Below the pieces are notes generated by a model. That model made no database searches and was not told where the DNA came from. It saw only the letters and a program-made list of their open reading frames with translations. Shown here piece after piece: positions 39,191 through 50,071 of a stretch of 64,000 nt of DNA (its first letter is position 1; every line of letters begins with the position of its first letter). The stretch is from Pseudobdellovibrionaceae bacterium. GTDB lineage: Bacteria; Bdellovibrionota; Bdellovibrionia; Bdellovibrionales; Bdellovibrionaceae. The stretch lies in contig JBDHWW010000001.1 in assembly GCA_039810425.1 (NCBI GenBank), positions 32,001 to 96,000 of the forward strand. Reading direction: 5' to 3'. A program made the translations under genes and the position numbers.

Positions 39191-40012
39191 TTAATACTGT
39201 GACTCAAAAAGAGAAGCGACAAGCATCAAAATAGGGCTAGCAAACAACACCCCGTCGATTCTATCTAAGATTCCGCCATGGCCTGGCATCAGATTTCCAG
39301 AGTCCTTTACGTCTGCAACACGCTTAATCAATGACTCAAAAAAGTCACCAAACTGGGCGACAAAGCCGGCACATACAGAGGTGACGAGAATCGCATTTAG
39401 TTGAATATCCGGAAGAAAACGAGAACAAACATAGCCAGCGACCAACGAGCCAACCAGGCCGCCGACAGAGCCTTCCCAGGTCTTCTTCGGTGACAAACGC
39501 GGGTTTATTTTGTGTCTTCCCACAAGGATTCCCACTAAGTAAGCACCCGTGTCACCGGCAAAAACAACGGCCAGTAAAGTCGCAAACCAAACAAGGCCAT
39601 GAGTTAAATCCAAGAGACGGTAAGCATACGACGGCAGAAGGCCCAAATAAACGAAGCCCATCATAGCTTTGGCCTGGTAATGAACGAGTCTGTCCAGCTC
39701 AGGAAATCCTTGATGGGTCAAGACACTCAACACCCAGAAGATCACCGTGAGTACTGAAAACGCCACCACTGCAAAAGATGGATAGTTCGCCGCCACATGG
39801 AAGATCATCAGTAAAATAACGTAGAAGAGACTTTTATGAAATTTGCCAGTGCCTTTAGGAAGTAAGATTTGAGTGAGCTCATAGCCGCCGATCAGAACCG
39901 CCGCATAACAAATAAGACGAAGGCCCGTAAATTCCAAGAAATAGTAAATCGCAAAGAGAACGCCAAGAGCGACAATCGCAGAAATTGATCTAGTGAGAAA
40001 GGTTTTTGCCAT
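39191..40012 (-). CDS. cdsA: Phosphatidate cytidylyltransferase
   Basis: DTGAY, SPKKTWEG, GDFFES.IKR..VKDSG..MPGHGGILDRID. Confidence 0.96.
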   Translation of the reverse strand: MAKTFLTRSISAIVALGVLFAIYYFLEFTGLRLICYAAVLIGGYELTQILLPKGTGKFHKSLFYVILLMIFHVAANYPSFAVVAFSVLTVIFWVLSVLTHQGFPELDRLVHYQAKAMMGFVYLGLLPSYAYRLLDLTHGLVWFATLLAVVFAGDTGAYLVGILVGRHKINPRLSPKKTWEGSVGGLVGSLVAGYVCSRFLPDIQLNAILVTSVCAGFVAQFGDFFESLIKRVADVKDSGNLMPGHGGILDRIDGVLFASPILMLVASLFESQY

Positions 40013-40715
40013 TTTGTGCAACAGCTCCGAATCTTCTTTGACGGCTTTGATAGTCCTGCAGGGCTTTATCTAGGCTCGCTTCAGTAAAATCCGGCCATAA
40101 CGTCGAAGTAAAGTAAAATTCACTATAAGCCGCTTGCCACATGAGGAAGTTCGAAAGGCGCAGCTCACCACTGGTGCGAATAATCAAATCTGGATCGGGA
40201 GTAGGATAGGTGCTCAGAGCCTCATGGATCGTCGACTCAGTAATTTCTCCGGCCTTGATTTCACCCGTAGCCACTTTCGCAACGATGGTCCGGACCGCTT
40301 CCGTGATTTCTTGGCGAGAACCATAACTGAGCGCAAACACCAACTGCAGTCCTGTGCATTTAGCGGTGGCCTGCATAGATTTAGTAATGGCATCGCGTAC
40401 GTCAGCGGGGACTTTAGAAACATCACCAATGATGGAGAAACGGATGTTCTCTTTCACCAGGTTTTCAGTTTCTTTTTTGAGGTAACGGCGAAGAATGTTC
40501 ATCAAGGACGAAACTTCGGCTTCAGGACGCAGCCAGTTCTCGGTGCTGAAAGCATATAGGGTTAAATGCTTGATCCCTTTTCTAGAGCAGGCTGTGATGA
40601 TGTCCTTAGCGACACGAGTCCCTTTGACGTGACCAAACACCCGTGGCTTACGGCGGAGCTGGGCCCAACGCCCATTCCCGTCCATAATGATTGCAATGTG
40701 TTTTAGTAAAGCCAT
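39990..40715 (-). CDS. uppS: Undecaprenyl diphosphate synthase
   Basis: HIAIIMDGNGRWA, YAFSTENW.RP, DLIIRTSGE.RLSNF. Confidence 0.97.
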   Translation of the reverse strand: MALLKHIAIIMDGNGRWAQLRRKPRVFGHVKGTRVAKDIITACSRKGIKHLTLYAFSTENWLRPEAEVSSLMNILRRYLKKETENLVKENIRFSIIGDVSKVPADVRDAITKSMQATAKCTGLQLVFALSYGSRQEITEAVRTIVAKVATGEIKAGEITESTIHEALSTYPTPDPDLIIRTSGELRLSNFLMWQAAYSEFYFTSTLWPDFTEASLDKALQDYQSRQRRFGAVAQNGKNLSH

Positions 40716-40748
40716 GTGCTAGGACTCCGGAAAACGCGCTGTTATCGA

Positions 40749-41306
40749 TTAAATGGTCATGATGCTTTTTTCTTTTTCGTCCGCGATGTGATCGATTTTT
40801 TTGATGAAATCGTCAGTCATCTTTTGGATTTCAGTTTCAGATTTTTTTGATTCGTCTTCGCTGATGGTTTTATCTTTTAACGCCTTTTTAACAGCTTCGT
40901 TGGCATCACGGCGAATCATACGAATCGCTACGCGCGAATCTTCAGCAACTTTCTTAACTTGCTTTGCAAGGTCTTTGCGGCGCTCTTCAGTGAGGTCTGG
41001 AACTTTCAAACGAATCACCTTACCGTCATTCATCGGCGCCATACCGAGATTGCTTTTAATGATTGCGCTTTCGATTTCTTTCAAGATGGAAGTCTCCCAA
41101 GGTGCAATCAAAAAAGATTTAGCATCTGGGCAAGACACAGACGCTACCTGGGACAAAGGTGAAAGGCTTCCGTAGTAATTGACTTTAACACCGTCAAGCA
41201 TAGACACCTGGGCTTTGCCAGTGCGGATTTTGTTCAGCTCTTCAACGAGAGCTTTTGATGATTTATCCATTTTGTCTTGAGCGGACTTTTTAACATCTGC
41301 AAGCAT
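40749..41306 (-). CDS. frr: Ribosome recycling factor
   Basis: IRTGKA, P.NDG..IR..P.LTEERRK, IR..RRDAN. Confidence 0.97.
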   Translation of the reverse strand: MLADVKKSAQDKMDKSSKALVEELNKIRTGKAQVSMLDGVKVNYYGSLSPLSQVASVSCPDAKSFLIAPWETSILKEIESAIIKSNLGMAPMNDGKVIRLKVPDLTEERRKDLAKQVKKVAEDSRVAIRMIRRDANEAVKKALKDKTISEDESKKSETEIQKMTDDFIKKIDHIADEKEKSIMTI

Positions 41307-41320
41307 GTCTATCTCCTCTT

Positions 41321-42965
<1,645 letters not shown>

Positions 42966-43028
42966 AAGGAAATCTCCTTCAATTCAATGTATGAAATTAA
43001 ACAGGTATAAAAATTAGGTCATAGAACA

Positions 43029-43059
43029 AGGCAGCCGCTCTTGAAAAGCTCGGCCGCCT
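43029..43059 (-). terminator. Hairpin between rpsB and tsf (attenuator/processing-type)
   Basis: AGGCGGCCG-13nt-CGGCTGCCT stem, weak U tail. Confidence 0.5.
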
Positions 43060-43078
43060 CATTGTAAACGAGCGCTGA

Positions 43079-44041
43079 TTACTCAGCAGAGTCGTCAGCC
43101 GCAGCTTCCGTGTTGTTGTTCTCAAGCTCAGCTTGGATTTCAACATCTTCAGCAGTACCAGCAGCAACAAGCTTACGAGCTTTCGTTGCTTTAACAACTG
43201 TCGGGCCAGCAGATTTCGCAGCCCCCTTAGGGGCCGCAGGGCCACCCGCAGCGCCTGGACGAGGCGCGCGTCGCTTAGGAGCTTCCTCTTTCACTTCGCC
43301 TTTTTCCTCTTTATCCAAGTCAGATTGTTTATCAGTCATAGTGCGAAGTTTTTGTTCCCAAGTTTTAGCACCCTCAAGGTAAGCATCAGCCACCATGTTA
43401 GCGAACAACTTGATAGAACGAATAGCATCGTCATTGCCTGGGATTGGGTATTGGATTAATTCTGGATCAGAGTTTGTATCAGCGATACCAACGACCGGGA
43501 TGCCCAAGCGAGTCGCTTCAGCAACTGCAATGTGTTCTTTCGGAAGATCTACGACGAACATCGCCGCCGGCATCTCTTTCATTTCACGGATACCGTTCAA
43601 GAACTCAGATAAACGGAGGTATTCTTTATCCAAACCAGCACGTTCTTTTTTCGTGAGGTACTTATCTTCGCCCTTTTCTTTCATTTGGTCGATTTTGCGC
43701 AAACGAGCTACAGAAGATTTAATAGTCTCGAAGTTTGTCATCATGCCGCCCAACCAACGCTTAGTAACGTAGTATTGACCACATTTTTGAGCAGCTTCTT
43801 GAACAGGCTCGATAGCTTGCTTCTTGGTTCCTACGAAGATCAGGCGACCGCCGTTAGCAGCGATTTCTTTTACGAATTCAGCAGCTTTTTGAGCGCGTAC
43901 AACAGTCTTTTGAAGGTCAATGATATGAATGCCTCCACGAGCCGTGTATACGTAGTTTTTCATTTTTGGGTTCCAACGCTGTGTTTGGTGTCCGAAGTGA
44001 ACGCCTGCGTCGAGCATCTCTTTCATGGTTACTTGAGCCAT
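43079..44041 (-). CDS. rpsB: 30S ribosomal protein S2 with long low-complexity C-terminal extension
   Basis: [36 protein letters not shown] before ATG 44041. Confidence 0.98.
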   Translation of the reverse strand: MAQVTMKEMLDAGVHFGHQTQRWNPKMKNYVYTARGGIHIIDLQKTVVRAQKAAEFVKEIAANGGRLIFVGTKKQAIEPVQEAAQKCGQYYVTKRWLGGMMTNFETIKSSVARLRKIDQMKEKGEDKYLTKKERAGLDKEYLRLSEFLNGIREMKEMPAAMFVVDLPKEHIAVAEATRLGIPVVGIADTNSDPELIQYPIPGNDDAIRSIKLFANMVADAYLEGAKTWEQKLRTMTDKQSDLDKEEKGEVKEEAPKRRAPRPGAAGGPAAPKGAAKSAGPTVVKATKARKLVAAGTAEDVEIQAELENNNTEAAADDSAE

Positions 44042-44316
44042 GGTCTCTCCTTTTATCTGGTTAGCCACCCTTTCGACAGAGCCTGCATCTCGTGAGAGGA
44101 GCTACAGGTATTTCCCATGTATTTAGCTTTTTAGCTGCGGGACCAGTACTTATCGAAAAGTGAGTTATAGTTGGCCATAGGGGATATCACGCTGTCCCAT
44201 CCGTGGGCAAGCAATATTCGTGAGCAAATCTAGGGCAGTTGCAGGATGCTTGAGCGCCAAAATTAGAATGAAAATATCAGCGCTAAAAATAGTTATTTTG
44301 AAGCGATATCAGCTAT

Positions 44317-46194
44317 TTAGGAAATGGCATTTTCAAGCAAAATTAGGACGATGCCGATGATAGAACCGCCGGCAATCACTCCTGCTGCCAAGGTCTCCTG
44401 ATTCTCGACGAAGGCGCGGTAGCCAACTGTCTTTTCGTCTTTGAATTTCTTGCGAGCCAGCCAGAACAGCAATGTGCCCAAAGCCATCGACCAAGAATCC
44501 GTGAAACGAAGTACAAAACCCAAACCAAGGCCCACGCCCGAAAGTGGGAAGCGGCCGCGAGTTTTCTTGTTCAAGAACTCAATCACGATTCCAAGTATGC
44601 CCCCGATCACAGCCGCAGCTTGAGCTGAGGGGTGGAGGTTGCCAAGTCCCTTGGTCAAAGCTTCTGCGACGCCTTTCCAGATGGCCGCACCTGGAAGGGG
44701 CAGCGAATCTGAGGTGAACAAAGAAATATCGCCGTGGAAAAGCGAGTAGAAAACCGGAACAGCCACAAAGGCACCGGCGAAAATCCCCAAAACATGGCCG
44801 ATGGCTTGATGGCGTGGTTTTCCGCCTAACATGTAAGCGGGCTTAATATCCATCAGCAAGTTGCTGGCATTCAGGGAAACTTCGGAGGTAATACCGGCGG
44901 TCATCAAGTTCGTTGTGACATTGCCCGGAGCAAGCACTCCATAGGTGATCTGCGTGAGTTTGCCCAGAGCACTGCCAGGAGTGATTGCCGTTAAACCCGT
45001 GGCTGTCACCGCAATCAAAGTGAATACGAAAACCAGCGGAATTGCCAACAACCCCAACCAGTAGTGAATGCCAAACCACACATGCCCGAGGTATACAACG
45101 ACGGCGCCAACGAGGGGAATGCCGACGGCAAAGATCCACATCGGCAATTCGATTTTAGCCAAGACATCATGCTGCTTGTGCTTTTCGCGTTTACCAAGGC
45201 TCTTGGTGAAGGCCTCAAGGATCATCTTTGGTTTTGCAAAGAATGAAAAAAGCGAAGAGGTCGTCATGATCGAGGCTCCACCCCAAAGGGCCCACATGGC
45301 GATTGCTTTGAACTTTGCCTCGGGAATCACACCGGCTTGAATCAGCAGAGGCGCACATAAGAAATAATTTATCAACCCGCCGATCAAAATCGACATCGAT
45401 GTTTTCATGCTCATAAGCCCGCCGGTTCCGAGCATAACAATTGAGGTGTCCCACTGAACAGTGAGATCCTTGAGGGGAGTGTTGAACACTCGTGGGGTCA
45501 CAAACTTGTAAATGAACTCATCCCAGTACTGAGGCAGTGCCAGGGCCTTCAACTTCAGGGCCGTCAAAATCGGCTCCGCTCTTAGCAATTCGATAAGGGC
45601 GGACAGTCCCGCGCCCGCGACCAGGAGTTTTGCTTTGAACACGCCCGAAGCCCCATCATCCGAATGCAAACTGTCTAGAACGACGCCGGACGCATATCCC
45701 TCAGGGAAGGGCATCTGTTCGTCGTTGATGAAGCGCTTTTTTAGAGGAAAGGCAAAGAGCACGCCCAAAATTGCAAGTGCAATGATCCACCAAATGGTTT
45801 GATACATCGGAATAATTTCACCGGTCACCATCATATAGGCTGGGATCGATGCCATCATGGGGGCTGTCATATAACCTGCGCTGGTTGCGATGGATTGCAT
45901 GGCGTTGTTTTCAAGAATCGTCATGTGCCTTCCGAGTTTGAGCTTGTCCAAAGCTTTAAAAAACGCGAACGACAAAATCACAGAAGAAATCCCCACGCCG
46001 AGGGTCCAACCGGTTTTGATTCCGATGTAAAGATTTGTCAGGCTGAGAATCCCGCCCAAAAGCACGCCGGTTAGAGCAGAGCGTAAAGTCAGTTGTGGCA
46101 TGTCGCCTTTGTAGACGTTGTTTAACCACCACGCATCTTTTTCTTCCAAAGACATTGTGTGGATTTGCTCTTCATTGAGTTCGTGAATAGACAC
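44317..46194 (-). CDS. OPT family oligopeptide transporter
   Basis: QLT.RS, NLYIG.KTG, ENN..Q..A, FPEG.A, GK.TQ, LAAG.IAG. Confidence 0.92.
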   Translation of the reverse strand: MSIHELNEEQIHTMSLEEKDAWWLNNVYKGDMPQLTLRSALTGVLLGGILSLTNLYIGIKTGWTLGVGISSVILSFAFFKALDKLKLGRHMTILENNAMQSIATSAGYMTAPMMASIPAYMMVTGEIIPMYQTIWWIIALAILGVLFAFPLKKRFINDEQMPFPEGYASGVVLDSLHSDDGASGVFKAKLLVAGAGLSALIELLRAEPILTALKLKALALPQYWDEFIYKFVTPRVFNTPLKDLTVQWDTSIVMLGTGGLMSMKTSMSILIGGLINYFLCAPLLIQAGVIPEAKFKAIAMWALWGGASIMTTSSLFSFFAKPKMILEAFTKSLGKREKHKQHDVLAKIELPMWIFAVGIPLVGAVVVYLGHVWFGIHYWLGLLAIPLVFVFTLIAVTATGLTAITPGSALGKLTQITYGVLAPGNVTTNLMTAGITSEVSLNASNLLMDIKPAYMLGGKPRHQAIGHVLGIFAGAFVAVPVFYSLFHGDISLFTSDSLPLPGAAIWKGVAEALTKGLGNLHPSAQAAAVIGGILGIVIEFLNKKTRGRFPLSGVGLGLGFVLRFTDSWSMALGTLLFWLARKKFKDEKTVGYRAFVENQETLAAGVIAGGSIIGIVLILLENAIS

Positions 46195-46299
46195 TAGGGA
46201 CTCCTCAGCTCAGGCACTTTCATTTCAGAGCTATGCATCTAAGGTTTCAATTTCCAACTTTGGCGTTTGAAAAATGCATTTTATCAGGTTAAATGAGCC

Positions 46300-47268
46300 A
46301 TGCAATCTGTCTTACCAAGTTATTCGAGTCTTGAACACAGCAATCCGGCCCATGGGGAGTATGTCGTCATTAATTGGTGTCTAGGCAACACGTGCAATTA
46401 CGCGTGTTCGTATTGCCCCGAGGGATTACACAACGCATCTACCAAGTGGCCTTCAAGCGAAACAGTCATTCAGTTTATTGACCGCGCATTAGCTCATTAC
46501 AAAGGCAAAAAACTTTACTTTGAATTTACCGGCGGAGAAGTCACCTTGTGGAAGGACCTTGTCCCCGTGGCGACTTATCTGCGCTCAGTGGGTTGTAAGA
46601 TTGGGATCATTTCCAATGGATCTCGCTCGCTAGACTTTTTTGCGAGGATTGTAGAGAGCATTGATCATATTTGTCTCAGCTTTCACCCGGAAAGTGCTGA
46701 TAAAGAGCACTTTCATTCTGTCGTGGAGTATTGTGCCGAACGCGTCCGCACACACGTAAATTTCATGATGGAAATCACGCATTTTGATTCGACCATTGAG
46801 TTTTCAAAAAGAGTTAAAGATATTCCAAATATAAGTGTTGCCGTACAGCCTCTGGTGAAGGACTTGGTAGGTGAGATCTATCCATACTCAGATGCGCAGC
46901 TGCAAATGATGAACACTCAGCACGAATATTTAGTAAAGCATATTAAATATACCAGGTCCCTTGAATACTATCGGGGCGCGATGGCCATGGTTGATGATGG
47001 CGGTCGCAAAACAGTGATGGCACCACATCGGTTTATTTCCAGTGACAACAATAGTTGGCAGGGTTGGGAGTGTTATGTGGGCCTTGAGCAGATTGTCATA
47101 GATATGAAGGGCGTTGTTTATCGAGGTTGGTGCAAGGTCGGTGGAACAATAGGGCGGATTGATGATGTGAACTTAGCACTTCCGTCAAAGCCGATTCTTT
47201 GCAATAAGGAAAGATGCCACTGTAACTTAGACATTATGACAACAAAGAAAAAGAGATTGCATGTCTGA
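46300..47268 (+). CDS. Radical SAM protein with C-terminal Cys-rich SPASM/twitch-like domain
   Basis: CNYACSYC, TGGEVT, SNG; C-terminal GWECYVG...WCKVGG...CNKERCHC. Confidence 0.92.
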   Translation: MQSVLPSYSSLEHSNPAHGEYVVINWCLGNTCNYACSYCPEGLHNASTKWPSSETVIQFIDRALAHYKGKKLYFEFTGGEVTLWKDLVPVATYLRSVGCKIGIISNGSRSLDFFARIVESIDHICLSFHPESADKEHFHSVVEYCAERVRTHVNFMMEITHFDSTIEFSKRVKDIPNISVAVQPLVKDLVGEIYPYSDAQLQMMNTQHEYLVKHIKYTRSLEYYRGAMAMVDDGGRKTVMAPHRFISSDNNSWQGWECYVGLEQIVIDMKGVVYRGWCKVGGTIGRIDDVNLALPSKPILCNKERCHCNLDIMTTKKKRLHV

Positions 47269-48289
47269 TATCAGCCCGGGGCGACCTCTCAGAGTTTACA
47301 ATCGTAGCGGAAATTTTTCCGATTTCAGCACCGATGAAATTGTCGGACGCAAAATGAATTTTTTTGAAGGCTGGAGCTGTGGCGTTGGATCTACAAACCT
47401 TTTTGTAGACATGGACGGAAATATTCATGGGGCCAGTTGCCGTGTAGGTGGAAAGCTGGGGAATATCTATGAAGATTTCGAAGTGCCAGAAAAGTGGCTT
47501 ATCTGTGAAAAGAAAACCTGTTCTTGCGGAGCCGATTTGTTTATTCCTAAAACAAAGACTCTGGAGGATCAGAGCCTTTTAGTTAAAACTAATTTTCAAA
47601 TTCCTGATCTGTCAAAACGGGTCGAAATTGATATCCCCGAAATGGTGGCGATGGAAAGGACACATGCTTCGGACCGTAAACAGGTTTATTGGGAGATTGG
47701 CCGTCGTTGTAATTATGATTGTTCATACTGCTGGCCGTTTATTCATAATAAAACAGACCGTCATAAAACTCTCACCGAATTAAAAAACGCCACGGACAAG
47801 GTCCTTTTAAAATTTGCTAAAGGGTCCAAAGTAAACTTTATAATTTCAGGTGGTGAGCCAACTTTGAATCCCGACTTTATGGAATGGGTGCGCTATATTG
47901 CTTCTCAGGGACATCATTTGAGTACGCATTCGAACGGAACACGGTTGCCTGATTACTATCGTGAATTGGTGCACTACGGAGATTTGAATCTGAGTGCCCA
48001 CTTTGAGTCTCTCGTGATGGACAAGTTCGTTCGCGTTGTAGCGGCCGTGACCGAAGAAAAAGTTAAAGTTCATAACCTAAATGTGGGTCATCTTGAGGTG
48101 AAGTTGATGATGGCCCCAGGAAAACGGGAAATGGCCCTGGAATTAGAAAGAAGGCTTCTCGCGATTCCGAACTTTAAGGAGTACTGTACTTGGGCATTTG
48201 TGCCTATTCGCAATGGTAAATTAGGCGATCAAGTCATGGAAGGTTACACCGAGGAAGATTTTAAGCTTTTCGGCGAGGGCGTCGTCTAA
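47261..48289 (+). CDS. Radical SAM protein with N-terminal SPASM/twitch-like domain (permuted order)
   Basis: N-terminal GWSCGVG...SCRVGG...CEKKTCSC, then CNYDCSYC, SGGEPT, SNG. Confidence 0.9.
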   Translation: MSDISPGRPLRVYNRSGNFSDFSTDEIVGRKMNFFEGWSCGVGSTNLFVDMDGNIHGASCRVGGKLGNIYEDFEVPEKWLICEKKTCSCGADLFIPKTKTLEDQSLLVKTNFQIPDLSKRVEIDIPEMVAMERTHASDRKQVYWEIGRRCNYDCSYCWPFIHNKTDRHKTLTELKNATDKVLLKFAKGSKVNFIISGGEPTLNPDFMEWVRYIASQGHHLSTHSNGTRLPDYYRELVHYGDLNLSAHFESLVMDKFVRVVAAVTEEKVKVHNLNVGHLEVKLMMAPGKREMALELERRLLAIPNFKEYCTWAFVPIRNGKLGDQVMEGYTEEDFKLFGEGVV

Positions 48290-48306
48290 TCAGGGAATGG
48301 CAGGGA

Positions 48307-48341
48307 AGCTCTTTCATAAGAAAGAGTTGTTCTGTTTTTTT
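48307..48341 (+). terminator. Probable terminator after radical SAM pair
   Basis: CTCTTTC-ataa-GAAAGAG hairpin then T-rich tail between convergent genes. Confidence 0.5.
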
Positions 48342-48350
48342 GTACAGCAA

Positions 48351-49700
48351 CTATTTAGCAGGCTGTTTTTTTAGATCTAAAGCTATCGAAATGAGCTCGT
48401 CGGAACCGAATCTTTTTATGATTTCCGCAGTTGCCGAAGCGGTCCCCTTTGGAAGTTTAAAGTCTTTGTAAGTTTCACGAATGGCTTGCATGAGCAAAGC
48501 CATTTCCTTTGATTTTTCAGCATAGATGGAAAGTTGCTTTATGTCAGAGGTGTACTTTGTGACGACAGCCGTTGGCCAGACCTCTGTAGGGCCTTTCAGC
48601 GTAAAGCAGGTAGAAAGCGTCATGAGATAAGAGTAAGGGTTGCTCATTTTCTCTTTCCCTAACAAATCAGTGCAGGCTTTAAAAGCCTCTTTTCTTTGAC
48701 CAAACCCGATTTGAAAACGGAGTTCTGACTTTAGCTTCGCATCAAGATGCTTTTGAAAATATGTTTCCAACGCCGGAGGCATCTTTTTCGTATAGAGCGC
48801 AGTCACTTGTTGCTTTTTTTTGTCGGCAACATAGCACTTTTGCAAAGCGACTTTTATTTTAAAATAGTACCTTTGGTAAAACTTGCTGTCTGCTGCGGTA
48901 TTAAGCAAAGGTGCTAGTTCATTTTCACAAAGCGCAAACTGACCCTTGAGGTAGTCTAGACGGGATTTGTGAACAATTATCCGATCATCACCTTTTTTTG
49001 CGATAGATTGCATCTTTTTAAAATTGGACTCATAGAGAGTGATATCATATGTACCATTCGGAAGATTGGCGATTTGATTCAGAGCTTCAAATTGATATGC
49101 GTTGCTGGGGTGTTTAGAAGCCGCCCAATCTAGTGAGGTTTTTAGCGCTTTTGAAAGTAGTCCCTGACTAATTTGAGAGTTGATGATTCCGCGCCACACC
49201 GTCCGCGCCGCCTTGCCATTTTCCATAAGCGGACTAACAAGACTGTAATAGGTCCAGTGAATTTCGGCAATATGAGGATCTTTCCGTTTACTTAAGTATT
49301 TTTTTACTTTTTTAAGCAGTGCTGATGCGCTCTTCTCGCTCAACTTAGGTTTTTTTGCTAAAAAATATTTACTCAGCTCGGGCAATTGTTTTATTGACGA
49401 AATTTCTGGAGGACTTTTGCCGATATACTGAGTGAAATCCAATTCTGTCTTATACGCGACAAGTTCAATGAGGTCACTGAGTCTTTTTTTTGTTGGCTGC
49501 TTGTCAGTATCTAAGGAGTTAACTTCTTTTTGAATCACTTGATTCAGCTCTGCTTTGTCGACAGGTTTGTTTGCGATGAGGCTCGCTTCGACACGTTCGC
49601 TAAACGTACTGGTGGTCGGTGTGGTACTCGGCTTTATAATTTGAGCGAATACCGTAGAAGCGCATATAGAAAAAACAAATAGTATGGTTAACTTTCTCAT
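48351..49700 (-). CDS. Secreted Lys-rich alpha-helical hypothetical protein
   Basis: Long ORF; Sec signal MRKLTILFVFSICASTVFA; no recognisable motif. Confidence 0.7.
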   Translation of the reverse strand: MRKLTILFVFSICASTVFAQIIKPSTTPTTSTFSERVEASLIANKPVDKAELNQVIQKEVNSLDTDKQPTKKRLSDLIELVAYKTELDFTQYIGKSPPEISSIKQLPELSKYFLAKKPKLSEKSASALLKKVKKYLSKRKDPHIAEIHWTYYSLVSPLMENGKAARTVWRGIINSQISQGLLSKALKTSLDWAASKHPSNAYQFEALNQIANLPNGTYDITLYESNFKKMQSIAKKGDDRIIVHKSRLDYLKGQFALCENELAPLLNTAADSKFYQRYYFKIKVALQKCYVADKKKQQVTALYTKKMPPALETYFQKHLDAKLKSELRFQIGFGQRKEAFKACTDLLGKEKMSNPYSYLMTLSTCFTLKGPTEVWPTAVVTKYTSDIKQLSIYAEKSKEMALLMQAIRETYKDFKLPKGTASATAEIIKRFGSDELISIALDLKKQPAK

Positions 49701-50071
49701 ATAGTCATTGGACCATAGATCCTTTTTGAAGCGCAATGGTTGGTTTCTAAAAGGGGCATATTGTGCGAAATACGAACAGAAGGCCGGTTGTGGACGTCTT
49801 TACATTACGAGCAAATTTCTCAATTAGGCGTATTGAGAAATTTAATCCGCTTTTCTTAGACTGCTGGATACTAGATAGGCGTGCCCTTATTTATTTGCTT
49901 CAAGTTCAGGACCTGTCCTTGCGGCGCACCGTTTGCATGTTGTCGGAAAATTTTTTATCACTATCCTATTGATTACATTTATTTTTTGGAAAAGTAGACC
50001 CCTGACCTTCGATTCTATCTTCTGACAGTCGCAATACGGTGACGGAGAGCGGACGGTTACTATTTTATAGG

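Noticed and set aside
44317..46194. OPT transporter as part of the island
   Set aside because: It is divergent from the radical SAM pair but its composition looks host-like; linkage cannot be shown without comparative data.
49737..50071. Possible RiPP precursor (69-aa + ORF at 49763, or a 24-aa minus-strand CxxC ORF near 49890-49960)
   Set aside because: GTG starts without a properly spaced RBS and no leader/core pattern; cannot be supported.
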